The notes: generated from the sequence alone by a model not told the origin. A stretch of DNA of 64,000 nt from Octopus vulgaris (GCA_951406725.2 OX597816.1:166408001-166472000), one strand, 5' to 3'; counted from the first letter of the stretch, positions 1-13,988 are shown. Numbers and translations: made by a program.

Positions 1-364
1 GGAATATATTGGCCAGTGACTTCATGCTACCTCATTTGGGAAGATGTTTTCCTCCTTTCTTCCCTTTCTTTTTATGTCCTACGACATCGTTATGTGTAAC
101 CCTGGAACCGTCCCAAAAGTGGGAGCAGTACTACGTTCGTGTGCGTGTGTGGTGGGTATGTGTGTGTGTGTAGTTGAGTGTTTTTTCAGTGTGTGTATTT
201 TTGTACGTATATAGATAGATAGAAAGATAGTTACATACATACATACATACATACATACCTTGTTTTTGATATTGAAATTCCAATGAAGGAGCCTTGGATC
301 TAGGTTAGAAACCAGCTCTTTCTCTATCGGCAAGAAATTTAAAACTAAATAATAAAACTAAATA

Positions 365-633
365 ATGACATGCATGCATGCATACATACATACATACATA
401 CATGCATACATACATACATGCATGCATGCATGCATACATACATACAGACATACATACATGCATGCATGCACGTATGCATACATGCATGCATGCATACATA
501 CACGTATGCATACATACATACACACATGCATATATACATATATACATGCATATATACATATATACATGCATATATACATATATACATGCATATATGTACA
601 TACCTACATATGTATGTATATATACATGCATAT
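365..633. repeat. Compound (TACA)/(TGCA)/(TA) microsatellite inside an interspersed repeat that recurs at about 41880-42200
   Basis: direct reading; flanking GAAACAGGG.CA.CTGATGAAGGGG block shared by both loci. Confidence 0.85.
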
Positions 634-1326
634 ATGGGTACAGGACATAAAAAACGTTGAACACAATGAGAAACGAAAACATAAAAACAGAGCAGAAAAC
701 GAAGTTTTTTGGAACAACTAAAAAAAACAGAAAAACGAGACAAGCAACATAAAGAATATTCCCCTTCATCAGTTGTCCCTGTTTCATCTATTCCGCGTTC
801 CGAGGGTAAGGACAATACGCGACTTCGCTGAAACAGTCCTTCCCGCAAAGCAAATTAAATAAAATTTGGGATTTTTTGCGGAGGGTGAAAGTGGTAACAA
901 GAACAGAACAGTGAGAACAAAACAATAAAAACAAACGGTGAGGGTTGTTGAGCCAAGACTATAGAAAAATTATTATGAACGCAAGGAGGACGAGCTTATG
1001 AGAGAAGACAGGTATAAGATATATATATATATATATATAAAATTTTAAAATAGGGTAAAATCTTCATAAGAATTTATGAAGTAGCTAGCGTGAAAAACCT
1101 CATAAGAGAAAAAAATCCACCAATTTTTTCACTTAAATATATTTATTTATATTATATAGAGGCATTATTATACATGAATGCCACACGCTAGGAGAGACCC
1201 TTAAAGTCAAAACTACTAAAATAAATAAGTTGCATTCGGTGTGATATGTTTATTTTTTTTAGTAGTTTTGACTTTAAGGGTCCCTCGTAGCGTGTGGCAT
1301 TCGTGTGTAATAATGCTCTCTCTCTT

Positions 1327-1383
<57 letters not shown>

Positions 1384-1384
<1 letters not shown>

Positions 1385-2492
1385 ACGATATGCTGTACTG
1401 CTTGCTATTTTCGTCAGAACCTCCAATACGAACATTTCGGAGTATTTGGATGTCAATCTGAGGACAGTGCAGTGGATTCGGAAAGAATCGGATGAGTCTA
1501 ATGACAGCTCGGAAAACTCACTCTGATCATTCTGATAAGAAAAGAACTCCTGAATTTCTTGGTGAGATCCAGGCCATGACTGATAATCACATCCAAGTCA
1601 ATCACATCCAAGCCCAGTGACATAGGAGTGTCTGAGATTCTTATCAAGCAGGCAGTGCATGAAAACATTCGGTATTCCTCATACAGGATGTTTATCACAA
1701 GCCATCAAGGACAAGAGGAAAGACCGCGCTACGAAGCTTTTGAACAAACTCAAGCATCCCCTCCAACCGAACATACTTCGGTTATTCTCAGGCGAGAAAA
1801 AGTTTTGCCAGGACCAGATGATAAACACACAGAACAACCGTTGGCTTGCCATGTCACCAAAGCATTTACCTATAGTGATAAAAACCAAACATCCAGTCAA
1901 CATCATGATGTCTGGAGTGATCTCTAGCGATGGCGACATTATGCCGCCATTCATCTTCCCACACGGCCTCAGACTCAACACGGAGGTCTACATCAAGTGC
2001 CTGGAGGGGATAGTGCTGTCCTGGGTCAAGAGGGTGACTGCTGGAAGACCTTGTCTGTCAACAGGACTCTGCACCCTGCCACACAAGCAGAAGAACCCAG
2101 TCATGACTGTCAGACAATTTCTGTGACCACATCACCCCTAACATCTGACCACCTAACTCCCCACACTGAAACCCCTTTGATTATTATGTGTGGGGCGCAG
2201 TTGAACGAGAAAGACCAACAAAACTCATTGTAACACCAAAGATGAACTGAAGGCAAGGATTATGGCAGCAATCACCACCTTAAACAAGGAAACTGTCCAA
2301 AAAAGTTGCAGGAGATTTCGAAGTTGTCTGGAGGCCATGGTTGAAGCTAATGGCGATTTTATTCAATAAATTTACTCTTCAGTATTTCAAGATATTTTAA
2401 TGTAATTTTGGTAAATATGCCTGTTAAAATGAGATGTCAGTGTTATTTTTATTTTTGCGTAATTTAGACGACAGTTTATTCACCGAACCCCG
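1384..2492 (+). mobile_element. Degenerate Tc1/mariner-superfamily transposon, DD37D (maT-type), 5' truncated
   Basis: FSGEKKF, QQDSAPCHTS followed 37 residues later by NPFDYYVWG with in-frame stops; right end CCCCG then TA. Confidence 0.85.
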
Positions 2493-2789
2493 TATATAAG
2501 ACAGTCTTCTTTCAGTTTCCTTTTACCAAATCCACTCACAAGGTTTTGGTCAGCCCGAGGCTATAGACGTAGACACTGAACCTGGAAACATATAGTTGGG
2601 AAGCAAGCTTCTTACCACACAGCCACTCCTGCGCCTATATATATAGGCGTTAAACTAATACACTTGCTTGCTGTTCCTTCACCTGCCTTTGTCTTTTGTC
2701 TTCTATAAATTTGAACTATATCATCATCATCGTTTAACGTCCATGCATGGGTAGGACGGTAACTGAAAGAAGACCGTCGTACATATATA

Positions 2790-3185
2790 TATATATATAA
2801 AACTCAACTTGTGTGTCTGTGTGTTTAACTTCCCGGAACATTTCCTCCTAGCCAACAAATCGTAGAACCACCAAAAATGGGTCACTTAAAGTTTAGGCGA
2901 ATGAAAATTGAACTGCGCTATTTCTGTTCCGAAATTCATCTCGCAAGGGCAAAAATCGATAATGTGCTTGTTTAGGCCTTATCCCATGCATTGAATAGTG
3001 AACTTTACTCAGTCAGCTGTTTGACGTGAACTGTGTTCACCACGCGTGCAAGCATGTGTAAATTGCATGAAAAATAAAAAATCAAGATATAAAAACGAAT
3101 CGCCGTAAACATTGTAGAAATTCGGCAATGAAATGAATTTTCGGGATATAGCCTGGAGGGTTTTTTCATATTAATATATATATAT

Positions 3186-3284
<99 letters not shown>

Positions 3285-3552
3285 AGAGTATGATAGAAGA
3301 AGGCTAACTCTTCCTCCGTAGAAGAAAAAATTCAAATCGGACCATGTTAACACCCAAAATTATTTACATCAAAAAGGTGCCTTTTTTCTATGAAAATCCC
3401 TATTTTTTACGATGTTTTGACTGCTGTGTCGCCATTTTTCGGTGTATTTCACTTAAAGAGAATAACAAGCTACATACTGCCAAATTTTTACATTTCGAAA
3501 ATTCCAATTCTAAAGGGTCTAAACAAACCGCAACGCCGGGCGATACTGCTAG
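2790..3552 (+). mobile_element. Non-autonomous Helitron; its 5' part is repeated at about 34115-34510, and a related 3' end lies at 36328
   Basis: near-identical 5' segment at 34.1 kb; GCAACGCCGGGCGATACTGCTAG end. Confidence 0.7.
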
Positions 3553-3585
<33 letters not shown>

Positions 3586-3777
3586 ATATATATATATACA
3601 TACATACATATAACAATGGTCAAAACCTCCTTTCCTTTGGTAACAATTTTCACCGTCACTTTATATTTGAATTAGCTACTCGAATTAAGTAACTTCCATT
3701 CAAACTGCTATACATTCGTTATTCAAACGGAAAGAAGTCAAGTCAGATAAGGAATAATTTTATATAATTATGGGGAC

Positions 3778-3817
<40 letters not shown>

Positions 3818-4006
3818 TATATAAGAAATACTAAATTTCTAAATCTCTCGTAGAGACAGTAGAGACATGTACGGTGGTGGGGCGATAGAATGGTTGTATA
3901 CTGTCAATCTAACACGAACGTGACAATAGGGGGGTACACCACCGCTGTATAGCCCTAGGAAGCATATATATATAAATCGTCGCTTATTTTATTACTTCTC
4001 TTTCAG

Positions 4007-4172
4007 GTCACCCATTGCAGGAAGATACAGCAGAGTTGTGAAATTTCCAGTACCAGACAAAAGTTTAGGCGTTTCAGCAGTGATCGTAAAGCACGGATCT
4101 ACACAGCTGTTTTCGTTGGTATCCAGTATTCTGTCTTTAATCATCTGTGCCGTTCTTCTGGAGCAGAGATAG
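4007..4172 (+). CDS. Probable terminal exon of an upstream cell-surface, likely GPI-anchored, protein (SPIAGRYSRVVKFPVPDKSLGVSAVIVKHGSTQLFSLVSSILSLIICAVLLEQR-stop)
   Basis: polypyrimidine acceptor cttctctttcag at 3995-4006; non-repetitive sequence; hydrophobic C-terminal tail; AT-rich UTR-like sequence after TAG. Confidence 0.5.
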
Positions 4173-5729
4173 ACTTGCAATCAGTGCAGAAGAGAATATT
4201 TTTATGATTTTGTTTTGTTGTAATTTTGCTATTGATTGTATTCTATTTTTATTTTATTATATCTTTGTTCCAATCTTCTAACTATACATATTTCCATTAA
4301 TTTCTAATCACGCATCAAATAATATTCCGAAATTTCAACCCATAAACAGCTCACGAAAGGAAAGCAATTAGAAAATTGTTTCATTTTCTTTTCTTTCTGC
4401 TTTCTGTTTTTCAAGACTTCAATCTATTTTCTTAGTTTTCTTTGTCACTATTGCTGTTTAAAAATTCAAAATGATAAAACTGAACTGTTTTTGGAGTTCT
4501 GTTGTTTGATACATGACCTGATAGCTGTGTGTGTGTGTGTGTGTGTGGAGGCGCAATGATTCAGTGGTTAGGGCAGTGAACTCGCGGTTGTGGAAACGCG
4601 GTTTCGATTCCCAGGCAGGACGTTGTGAGTGTTTATTGAGCGAAAACACATAAAGCTCAACGAGGCTCCGGAAGAGAGTGGTGGCGAACCCTGCTCTACT
4701 CTTTCACCACATCTTTCTCTCACTCTTTCTTCCTGTTTCTGTTGTACCTGTATTTCAAAGGGCCAGCCTTGTCACACACTGTGTCACGCTGAATCTCCCC
4801 GAGAACTACGTTAAGGGTACACGTGTCTGTGGAGTGCTCAGCAACATACACGTTAACTTCAAAAGCAGGCTGCTCCGTTGATCGTGTCAACTGGAACCCT
4901 CATCTTCGTAACCGACGGAGTGCCACTAATATATATATATAACCCGTAGATATTCCCCTAGACCACTGCTAGTTCACTCTTTTGCCTATCGTCTTCAAGA
5001 TCCATGCTGCAAGGTGGTATGATTTTAATATATTGAGCTTTCTAGCCTTTCTCGAGTCCCTGTTCTTTCCTATTCCCTCTTCCGTTCGTTTATTTTATTT
5101 TATGCATTTGTATTCAGTCGGATAAAGGTTCATGCACTAGATCGAATGTGCTGTGAAGATGACGAATATTATTTTCGGAATTTCTTTTGTAAGCACCGAC
5201 TAACAATGGAAGCGGAAACGGCCGTAAGAAATGCAATGTCATGTTTTCTGTATTAAAAAATTACTAACCGATGTGGTTCAATTTGTCTTTTGATCAAACG
5301 TTTTCTCCATTTTCTGATTATATATATAGTACGTGAGCTTGAAAAGGTTAATCGAAAGTGCTCACATACTAAGAAATAAAAACTTCTGCACAAAAATTTA
5401 GTAACATCCTGATAAAAGATTTTATAATATTTTTTTAATAATAATAATATGGGCTACAGCAAATATTCTGCTCAGTGCCACAGATTTCAGTTGCTTGACC
5501 TTAACCAGCTGAGCATGTCTCTTAGTGACTGACGATATGCGCATCTCTGATCATAAGCAAAAGTAGAGGGGAAGCTTCACAGCCATGTATTGGGAGGAAT
5601 TCTTTGGGGTTCGGATAATAGGTGTTTTGTTCAACATCCTTAAACAACCCTTATTCAGGATGGCCTACTCGACTTCGTATATTTTACCCCAGTATCGCTT
5701 CGATGGCATGCACTGCTCTTCTCACTCAA

Positions 5730-5824
<95 letters not shown>

Positions 5825-5892
5825 TGGGCTACAGCAAATATTCTGCTCAATACCACAGATTTGTTTGTCAGTTGCTTGATCGTAACGTGGAA

Positions 5893-6081
5893 CAAATATG
5901 GGCTGCAATAAGGGTGGAGCACTTGCAGAAAACGGCACTGCTTGGAAGCACTCGAATACTCTGGGAGGTGCTCGAAAAATAAGAGGTGTTACCTTAGTTC
6001 ACTGGCAGTGAACAGCTGACACTGTAATACATCTCCAGCGTTAGAAGCTGTGCAAAGGCAATAATAATAATAATAATAATG

Positions 6082-6136
<55 letters not shown>
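5893..6136 (+). mobile_element. 3' fragment of an R4/Dong-clade non-LTR element ending in (TAA)n
   Basis: IRVEHLQKTALLGSTRILWEVLEK-stop is the characteristic C-terminus; short UTR then a TAA array. Confidence 0.7.
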
Positions 6137-6137
<1 letters not shown>

Positions 6138-6656
6138 CCCAATAATGAAGTAAATGTAATTATGATTATATTGGTTGTGTATCTAACGTCGGTGATTTTA
6201 TTGATTTAAAATATTACTAATTCATTTCTTTTTCCAACATTTCTTTGTTCACCGTTCTTTGTATATTTGTTTATTAAAATAAAGTTACTGAGAGTCTAAT
6301 GCCATGTTGATGTTATTTTTGATGGAGTTACTAATTAATGCACACGCATGCCATGTAATTAACATGTGTACATGAGTCTGAAGGTGCGTGGCTGAGTGGT
6401 TAAAGTGTTACACTCATGAATGCAAGATTGTTGTTTCAATTTCTGTAACGAGTTGTGCGTTGTTTTCCTGAGCAAAAACACTCCATGTCACGTCACTGCT
6501 CAAATCCATTTGGCAATAAACGAATAACCCTGGCATCTCATTCACGGGGAAAATGTTGTGGGGGGGGGGGGAGTATCTCTGTCACTTAGTTGCCATGGAA
6601 ACTGGATAACCGTTTCTTATGAGTCCTAGAACTCGAGAGAGTAAAGTCCTAAAGTT

Positions 6657-6910
6657 AGTGATGATGATCATGAAGATGATGATGATGGTGATGTGGGAGA
6701 TAGTGGAGGCAGGGTGAAGATGGTGATGATGGTAGTGGTGATAATAGTAGTGTTTATGATGATGATGATATTGATGGGGGTGATGATGATGATGATGATG
6801 ATGATAGTGGGGAAGATGGTGATAATGGTGATAATGATGACAATGATGATTATGGTGGTGATAGTGATGATGATGATGATGATAATGATGGTGGTGGTGG
6901 TGGTGATTGT
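6657..6910. repeat. Degenerate (GAT/GGT)n trinucleotide tract
   Basis: direct reading. Confidence 0.9.
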
Positions 6911-7254
6911 TGAAGTCAAAGTTGTAGGGTATTCCTGGTAAAAGTACTTAACTTTAGACGAACCAGGCGGAAGGTGCCCCTGAACAAAAGCACCTAATCC
7001 TCCCTCCCCACTGTCGTGGTGTTACTACATTCGCCCGTACTGAGCTGGCTGATGATGAATTCCAAACGCCCGAGTGGCCGTTGTCAAAGTGGATGGCTTG
7101 TATTCTACATGTGGATGTCGTTTTTGGTTGTATGAATAATGACTGATGCAATCCCACGAATATTTAACTTTCATCATCATCATCATCGTTGTCGTCGTCG
7201 TCGTTTAACGTCCGCTTTCCATGCTGGCGTAGGTTGGACGGTTTGACAGAGGGC

Positions 7255-7480
7255 GGCGAGCTGGCAGAGTCGTTAGCACGCTAGGCGATATGCTTAATGG
7301 TACGTTCTGCCGCTACGTTCTGAGTTCAAATTCCGCCGAGGTCGACTTTGCCTTTCATCCTTTCGGGGTCGATTAGATAAGTACCAGTCACACACTGGGG
7401 TCGATGTAATCGTCTTAATCTTTGCGTCTGTCCTTGTTTGTCCCCTCTGTGTTTAGCCCCTTGTGGGTAGAAAAGAAATA
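7255..7480 (+). mobile_element. SINE family A (tRNA-like head, GCCTTTCATCCTTTCGGGGTCGAT core, AAGAAATA tail)
   Basis: TSD of about 14 bp GGTTTGAC(A/T)GAGGG; other copies at 8595-8814, 10240-10652, 20915-21533, 31168-31790, 49352-49570, 53700-54110, 56803-57033. Confidence 0.9.
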
Positions 7481-8118
7481 GGTTTGACTGAGGGCTGGCG
7501 AGCCAGAAGGCTGCACCAGGCTCCAATCCGATTTGGCAATGTTTTTGCAGCTGGATGTCCTTCCTAACGCCAACCACTCCGAGAGTGTAGTGGGTGCTTT
7601 TTACGTGCCACCGGCACGAGGGCCAGTCAGGTGGTACTGGTATCGGTACTTATGAGACATCAGGGGCGGTACTTATGAGACATCGTGGGAATGTTCTGAA
7701 TCGGTCTGTCCTGGAAGCCGAACATCTTCGCAAAAGTCCAAAGCTGTCTGCTCGAATGCCGGGTGTCGGTCGTCTGCTTGACTAGACGCGACTTTTGTAT
7801 ATCAGTCGGCTGCTCTCAACGCTCTGCCTTACGTTATGCACCAAACAGTTTTTTTATGATATTACAAGGGGTTAAATTTTAGAACATTTGAGTAAGCCAT
7901 ATCACGCCACAACTTCACGCTGATTGGTCAATTTATAGACCGATCACGTGAAACTGTAGTGGCTCACTCGTGGTGCTTAACCGAGTATCTGGCGATTAGG
8001 GTTCGAATCCCCGCTATACTCCCAATGATCTAACTATAAATTATTTTTGACAAAGTGACTCCGAGTGGACGAAATATCTTGCATGGACGAAACTTCAGTT
8101 ATTATAAAACATAAAAAA

Positions 8119-8318
8119 AGACGTACATTTGCCATTTAAATATGGCTAACCCCTAAGGGTGGATGCTACTGTAGTTTGTAGCCCCAGGAGGACACCTCCT
8201 CCAGCTGGCTTTAGACACACTTTCTAAAGCCAGTTGGAGGAGGTGTCCTCCTGGGGCTACAAACTACAGTAGCATCCACCCCTATGGGTTAGCCATATTT
8301 AAATGGTAAATATACGTC
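8119..8318. repeat. Hairpin MITE with about 95-bp arms; relatives at 48975-49140 and 63705-63805
   Basis: GACGTACATTTGCCATTTAAATATGGCTAACC...GGTTAGCCATATTTAAATGGTAAATATACGTC. Confidence 0.8.
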
Positions 8319-9157
8319 ACGATGTGTTGCAGCTACTGTTTATAACTCGCTCTAAGATTTATTATTATTATTAAAAAATCATTTACATTTAAAACAGCTT
8401 CAGTGAAGGATAAGTAAAACTCATGGGAAACCAATCAATTGAATAAATATGAAAATACTCTCGACAAAATATTTAATTCCCTGGGACTATTTAGAGTATT
8501 CTTGTGATAAAAACTCATAATTCCACACAACACAATTCTACAGATCACTGTTGATAAAGACACACGACAGTGACCAAGTTGAAAATGTCTGATCTGGCAG
8601 AAACGTTAGCACGCCGGGCGAAATGCGTAGCCGTATTTCGTCTGTCATTACGTTCCGAGTTCAAATTCCGCCGAGATCGACTTTGCCTTTCATCCTTCCG
8701 GAGTCGATTAAATAAGTACCAGTTACGCACTGGGTCGATGTAATCGACTTAATCCGTTTGTCTGTCCTAGTTTGTCCTCTCTGTGTTTAGCCCCTTGTGG
8801 GCAGTAAAGAAATATATATGTACTTAACTTCTTATGATCAAGGTGTGGGGGTAAACCTGTTGAGCTCATCTTTGCCCTTCATCTCTTCATAGTCGATACA
8901 ATAAAGTATTTTACAAGCACTAACTCATCCCTGCCTAAATTGTTGGCCTTTGTAAGTCAAAAGCAGAGGGAAAACATAAACACAGCGGGAATTCCAGTTG
9001 AGTGACGTTCTACGGAAGAACGACAGTGCAATGCGATTAGTATGAGGTCTGGGGTGAACTAGACACAACAAGGATGATAGAAGGAAGAGGGACGAGTGGG
9101 TTGGGTGTATCTAAGAGGTGACGGAAAGAGCCTAGCCAGCTCTCAGCATCAAAGGTC

Positions 9158-9973
9158 AGATCTTTTCCTTTTGAACGGCAGTTTGTAACATAATTTCTAG
9201 GTAACTAAAAAGTTTTAAACTTCGTATACTGATAGAATGTGTTTATAAAACATCATTTTCTCTTGGTTTTATTGAAAAATTCTATAGGTTGTAACATATT
9301 TAGTCCTTAATTTCTTGCATTTCGGCAATTTTAACCAATCATTGGCGTCCATTTAGGTAAATAACATTCTGTGTATAATGAATATGTCCCTCGTTTAAGA
9401 AACAGATTGGGTTTATTTACATTTGTGAAGAAAAAAGATACCCTTCCCCCACCCCTAACCCTAACTAACCCTAAATCTAAAATAGATTGAAATGCAATAG
9501 ATCGATACTAGGGTTATAATTATGAGTGACAATTTCATACGACACCGCTAAGTTTTTTATAGCGGTGTCGTATGAAATTGTCACCCATAATTATAACACT
9601 AGCATCGATCTATTGCATTTCAATCTATTTTAGATTTAGGGTTAGAGTTAGTGTTAGTTAGGGTTAGGGTTAGGGGTGGGGGAAAGGGTATCTTTTTTCT
9701 TCACAAATGTAAAATAAACCCAATCTGTTTCTTAAACGAGGGACATATTCATTATGCACAGAATGTTATTTACGTCAATGGAGGTAATTGATTGGTTAAA
9801 ATTGCCGAAATGCAAAAAATTTTAGACGAAACATGTTACAACCTATAGAATTTTCTCAATAAAGCCAAGAGAAAATGATATTTTATAAACACATTCTACC
9901 AGTATACAAAGTTAAAAAGTGTTTAGTTACCTAGAAATTATGTTACAAACTGCCGTTCAAAAGGAAAAGATCC
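9158..9973. mobile_element. 816-bp foldback element (inverted dimer of a Merlin-like MITE) with internal TTAGGG repeats
   Basis: about 400-bp inverted arms; 8-bp TSD CAAAGGTC at 9150-9157 and 9974-9981. Confidence 0.9.
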
Positions 9974-10950
9974 CAAAGGTCATTATTGTAATTGGATTGT
10001 AGAAAAAGCAGAGGAAGACGGTAGTGCACCTGCAGACCAGGAAATGAAGCATGTTTCTGAATGATTCCATGTCAAACAAGACCGAATGTATCGCAACCAA
10101 TAAAGGAGTTTCGAAGCAATCGAAACTCCTTCATTTTCCCGACCTTTTCACTACCAAGGACTCCTTTTACTTAAATGAGTTTTCCTATGGATCCCTTTAA
10201 ATATGCTTATCCTTATGTGTGTGTGTGTGTGTGTGTATTCTTATTTCTTTACTGCCAACAAGGGGCTACACAGAGAGGGGACAAACAAGGACAGACAAAC
10301 GGATTAAGTCGATTACATCGACCCCAGTGCGTAACTGATACTTAATTTATCGACCCCGAAAGGATGAAAGACAAAGTCGACCTCAGCGGAATTCGAACTC
10401 AGAACGTAACGGCAGACGAAATGCCTATTTCTTTACTACCCAAAGGGGTTAAACGCAGAGAGGACAAACAAGGACAGACAAACGGATTAAGTCGATTATA
10501 TCGACCCCAGTGCGTAACTGGTACTTAATTTATCGACCCCGAAAGGATAAATGGCAAAGTCGACCTCGGAGGAATTTGAACTCAGAACGCAGCGGCAGAC
10601 GAAACACCACAAAGCATTTCGCCCGGCACGGTAACGTTTCTGCCAGCTCACCGACTTCTTGTGCGTGTATTCTTTTATTCTTTTATTTCAGTCATTTGAC
10701 TGCGTCCATGCTGGAACACACCTTTAGTCGAACAAATCGATCCTTGGACTTATTCTTTGTAAGCTTAGTACTTATTTTATCGGTCTCTTTTGCCGAACCG
10801 CTAATTTACGGGGACGTAAACACACCAGCATCGGTTGTCAAGCGATGGTGAGGGAACAAAAACAGACGCACAAACACACACACATGTACACACACACACA
10901 CACACATACATACATACATACATACATACACACATACATACATACATACA

Positions 10951-11036
<86 letters not shown>

Positions 11037-11039
<3 letters not shown>

Positions 11040-12323
11040 GAGGGACGTTCAATAAGTAATGTCTCCGACCCAATTGCAGTTGTTTGATCTAGCTGAAATT
11101 TTGCATGTGCAATCATTTATATCTCTATAGAGTAAGTGGCAAATTACAGCTCTGAATTAATAGTGGTTTCTGATTTACAGGTGTTTGAACCGAGTCAAGT
11201 GTGAAATGGAGCCTGTTGAGTGTCGAGCAGTGATCCGATTTTTGTATTTGAAAGGACGCACACCACGGGAGACTTTTGATGAAATGAAAGTAACTTATGG
11301 TGATGATGCCCCATCATATGACCTTGTAAAACGTTGGCATCGTGAATTCAAACATGGTCGGAACTCTGTGGAAACAGCTCCCAGATCTGGTCGCACCCTT
11401 CTGCCATTGATGAGGCATCTGTCCGTCAAGTTGAGGCTGCCATTTTGGAAGATCGATGCATATTCACCAAATAGCCCATTAGGTCAAGATTAGTACCGGG
11501 TCTGTGGAAACTATCATTCATGACCATTTGCATATGCAAAAGGTGTCTGCCAGATGGATTCCCAGGTTGCTCACGCCTTTCCAGAAGCAAGAACGCATCG
11601 AGTGCTCGAGGGTGAATTTGGAGATGTGCCAAGAAGATGAGTCAAAATTTTTCAAAAGACTTATTACACAGGATGAAACCTGGGTCCATCACGATGATCC
11701 AGAGACCAAATTCCAGTCAATGCAGTGGAAGCACCGTGACTCACCCCCTCCAAAGAAGGCAAGGGTGCAGCCCTCCGCTGGCAAGGTCATGCTCACAGTC
11801 TTCTGGGACCAGGACGGAGTAGTGATGACAGATTTCCTGGCAAAGGGTACCACAATTGCAGGAGCCTATTATGCTTCACTTTTGAGGAAATTAAGAGAAG
11901 TTATCAAAATCAAGAGGCGGGGCAAGATCAGCAAAGCATCCTCCTCCTGCAGGACAACGCTCCGGTCCACAACTCGCTTGTCGCCAGATCAGAAGCACAA
12001 GCGTATGGCTATGAACTCCTCCCCATCCCCCCTACTTTCTTGACCTTGCACCCTCTGATTTTCACCTCTTCCCAGTCATTAAGTTGTTTTTGAAAGGAAA
12101 GCGTTTCCCAGATGATGCAGCCTTGATTTCTGAAGTCACGTTGAAGTTGGAGGACCAAGCTGGGGTCTTCTACAAAAACGGTCTCCAGAGCCGTATCAAA
12201 CGATGGGAGAAATGCGTAACTCTGGGTGGTTCCTATGTAGAAAAAGACTAATAACTGTGCCAAGTTTCGTTGCTCTACTGCTATGGGAAGTGGGTCAGGG
12301 GCATTACTTATTGAACGCCCCTC

Positions 12324-12326
<3 letters not shown>
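11037..12326 (+). mobile_element. Full-length mariner (DD34D, irritans-like), frameshifted
   Basis: TIRs YACGAGGG.CGTTCAATAAGTAATG at both ends inside a TA run; [36 protein letters not shown] motifs spread over several frames. Confidence 0.95.
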
Positions 12327-12359
<33 letters not shown>

Positions 12360-12372
12360 CAAAGAATATATA

Positions 12373-12426
<54 letters not shown>

Positions 12427-12435
12427 AAGGCCCTC

Positions 12436-12467
<32 letters not shown>

Positions 12468-12480
12468 CAAAGAATATATA

Positions 12481-12527
<47 letters not shown>

Positions 12528-12530
12528 CGC

Positions 12531-12566
<36 letters not shown>

Positions 12567-12572
12567 CAAAGA

Positions 12573-12636
<64 letters not shown>

Positions 12637-13251
12637 AAGGCCCGTAACTTGAAGAGTATCCAGTCGCTTTCCTCCAAATTTGGAACAAACATTAATCAGG
12701 CTCCTTGAATTGCTGTTGACTAAAAACAATTTCCTACGCTGACTATGGGCTCTCCCAAAAATGCAGATTAATCAGATTTGAGTATACTGCACTGGGTTTT
12801 ATCTTTGTTTTAGGTCATTTTCCGACAATAAAATATTGACATGCATTATAAGCAGCGTGTAATATTTCATGGAAACATTTTTGTCCAATGTGGCAGTGGA
12901 AATGAGAAGAACATGAAAATTTTTGTCGGCGCCCTGATACTTCGTGTTACCACCCCGTGCACCACCGGGCCACGTGCGTATGTATGCGGCTGGGTAAGGC
13001 ACCACAAACCCATTCATCCCTTCTCCAGAAGTGCCCTGTCGATATTTCACGTTTCCAATCCTGCACAACGCAGCATGGCCCGGCGGCATGTCTGCTTTCT
13101 ATGTTATCCATGTCTGAACTATATAATGTTGTTGTGACTCACAGCCATTCGAGTTTGACCGCGTGACCACTTCCGGAAGCTACACTCGCCACCTGCAATT
13201 AGTGCCTCCCCCCATCGTGTTCCCTCCCCTGTTTAGTCAGACGAGTAAATA

Positions 13252-13988
13252 CAGAGTATCCCAGAATTAATGATAATAATCTGAGTTAAATCGGATGCAT
13301 TTTTTAAAAAAACTCACTTTTATTTACTCTTACTCTCTCTTTACTCTTTTACTTGTTTCAGTCATTTGACTGTGGCTATGTTGGAGCACCACCTTTTAGT
13401 CGATCAAATCGACCCCAGGACTTATTCTTTGTAAGCCTAGTACTTATATTATCGGTCTCCTTTTGCCGAACCGCTAAGTTACGGGGACGTAAACACACCA
13501 GGGATACAAACACAGACACACAAACACGCACATACACATATATATATATACATATATACGACGGGATTCTTTCAGTTTCCGTCTACCAAATCCACTCACA
13601 AGGCTTTGGTCGGCCCGAGGCTATAGTAGAAGACACTTGCCCAAGTGGACCCCTCTTATTTGTCCATGACAGCTTCTTCCTTTTCAATTTGGGAGCAATC
13701 ATTTTCTTTACCTCCATCCCCTTGATGGAATAATTGTGTAGCCGAGCTTAAAGAACACATTCAGTTAGCAGTGCAGGAGCTAGCTCATGAAATGCTTCAA
13801 AATGTGTTTCACGACGCTAAGGAGAGATTTGAAGTATGCAGGGATACAGAATTGTTGAAAATTTTCAATAAAAGTTTGACGTAAGATTTATAAATTTATT
13901 TGTTTTGGTAATAAACATAAAATTCTGTCAGTGTTTTTAAAATTTGCTCAATTTTATTGAAATAGATAGTTAATTCTGGAACACCCTG
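13252..13988. mobile_element. Internally deleted Tc1/mariner element with a SINE insertion
   Basis: TA-CAGAGTATCCCAGAATTAA ... TTAATTCTGGAACACCCTG-TA. Confidence 0.7.

Noticed and set aside
79-848. Overlapping Cys/Tyr/His/Met-rich ORFs (also at 10.8, 12.0-12.7, 35.2, 59.9 and 61.4 kb)
   Set aside because: They are translations of microsatellites that lack stop codons
5148-5230. Degenerate hammerhead-like remnants (GTGAAGA...GAAACGGCCGTA; also 38035-38128 minus and 30597-30651)
   Set aside because: Core or helix I is broken; at most dead Penelope-type ends
6589-6602. Near-perfect X-box GTTGCCATGGAAAC
   Set aside because: Lies inside a decayed SINE-like repeat far from any identified promoter
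9450-9680. Telomere or chromosome fusion site
   Set aside because: Only a few TTAGGG units, and they are internal to a MITE also present at 16.1 kb
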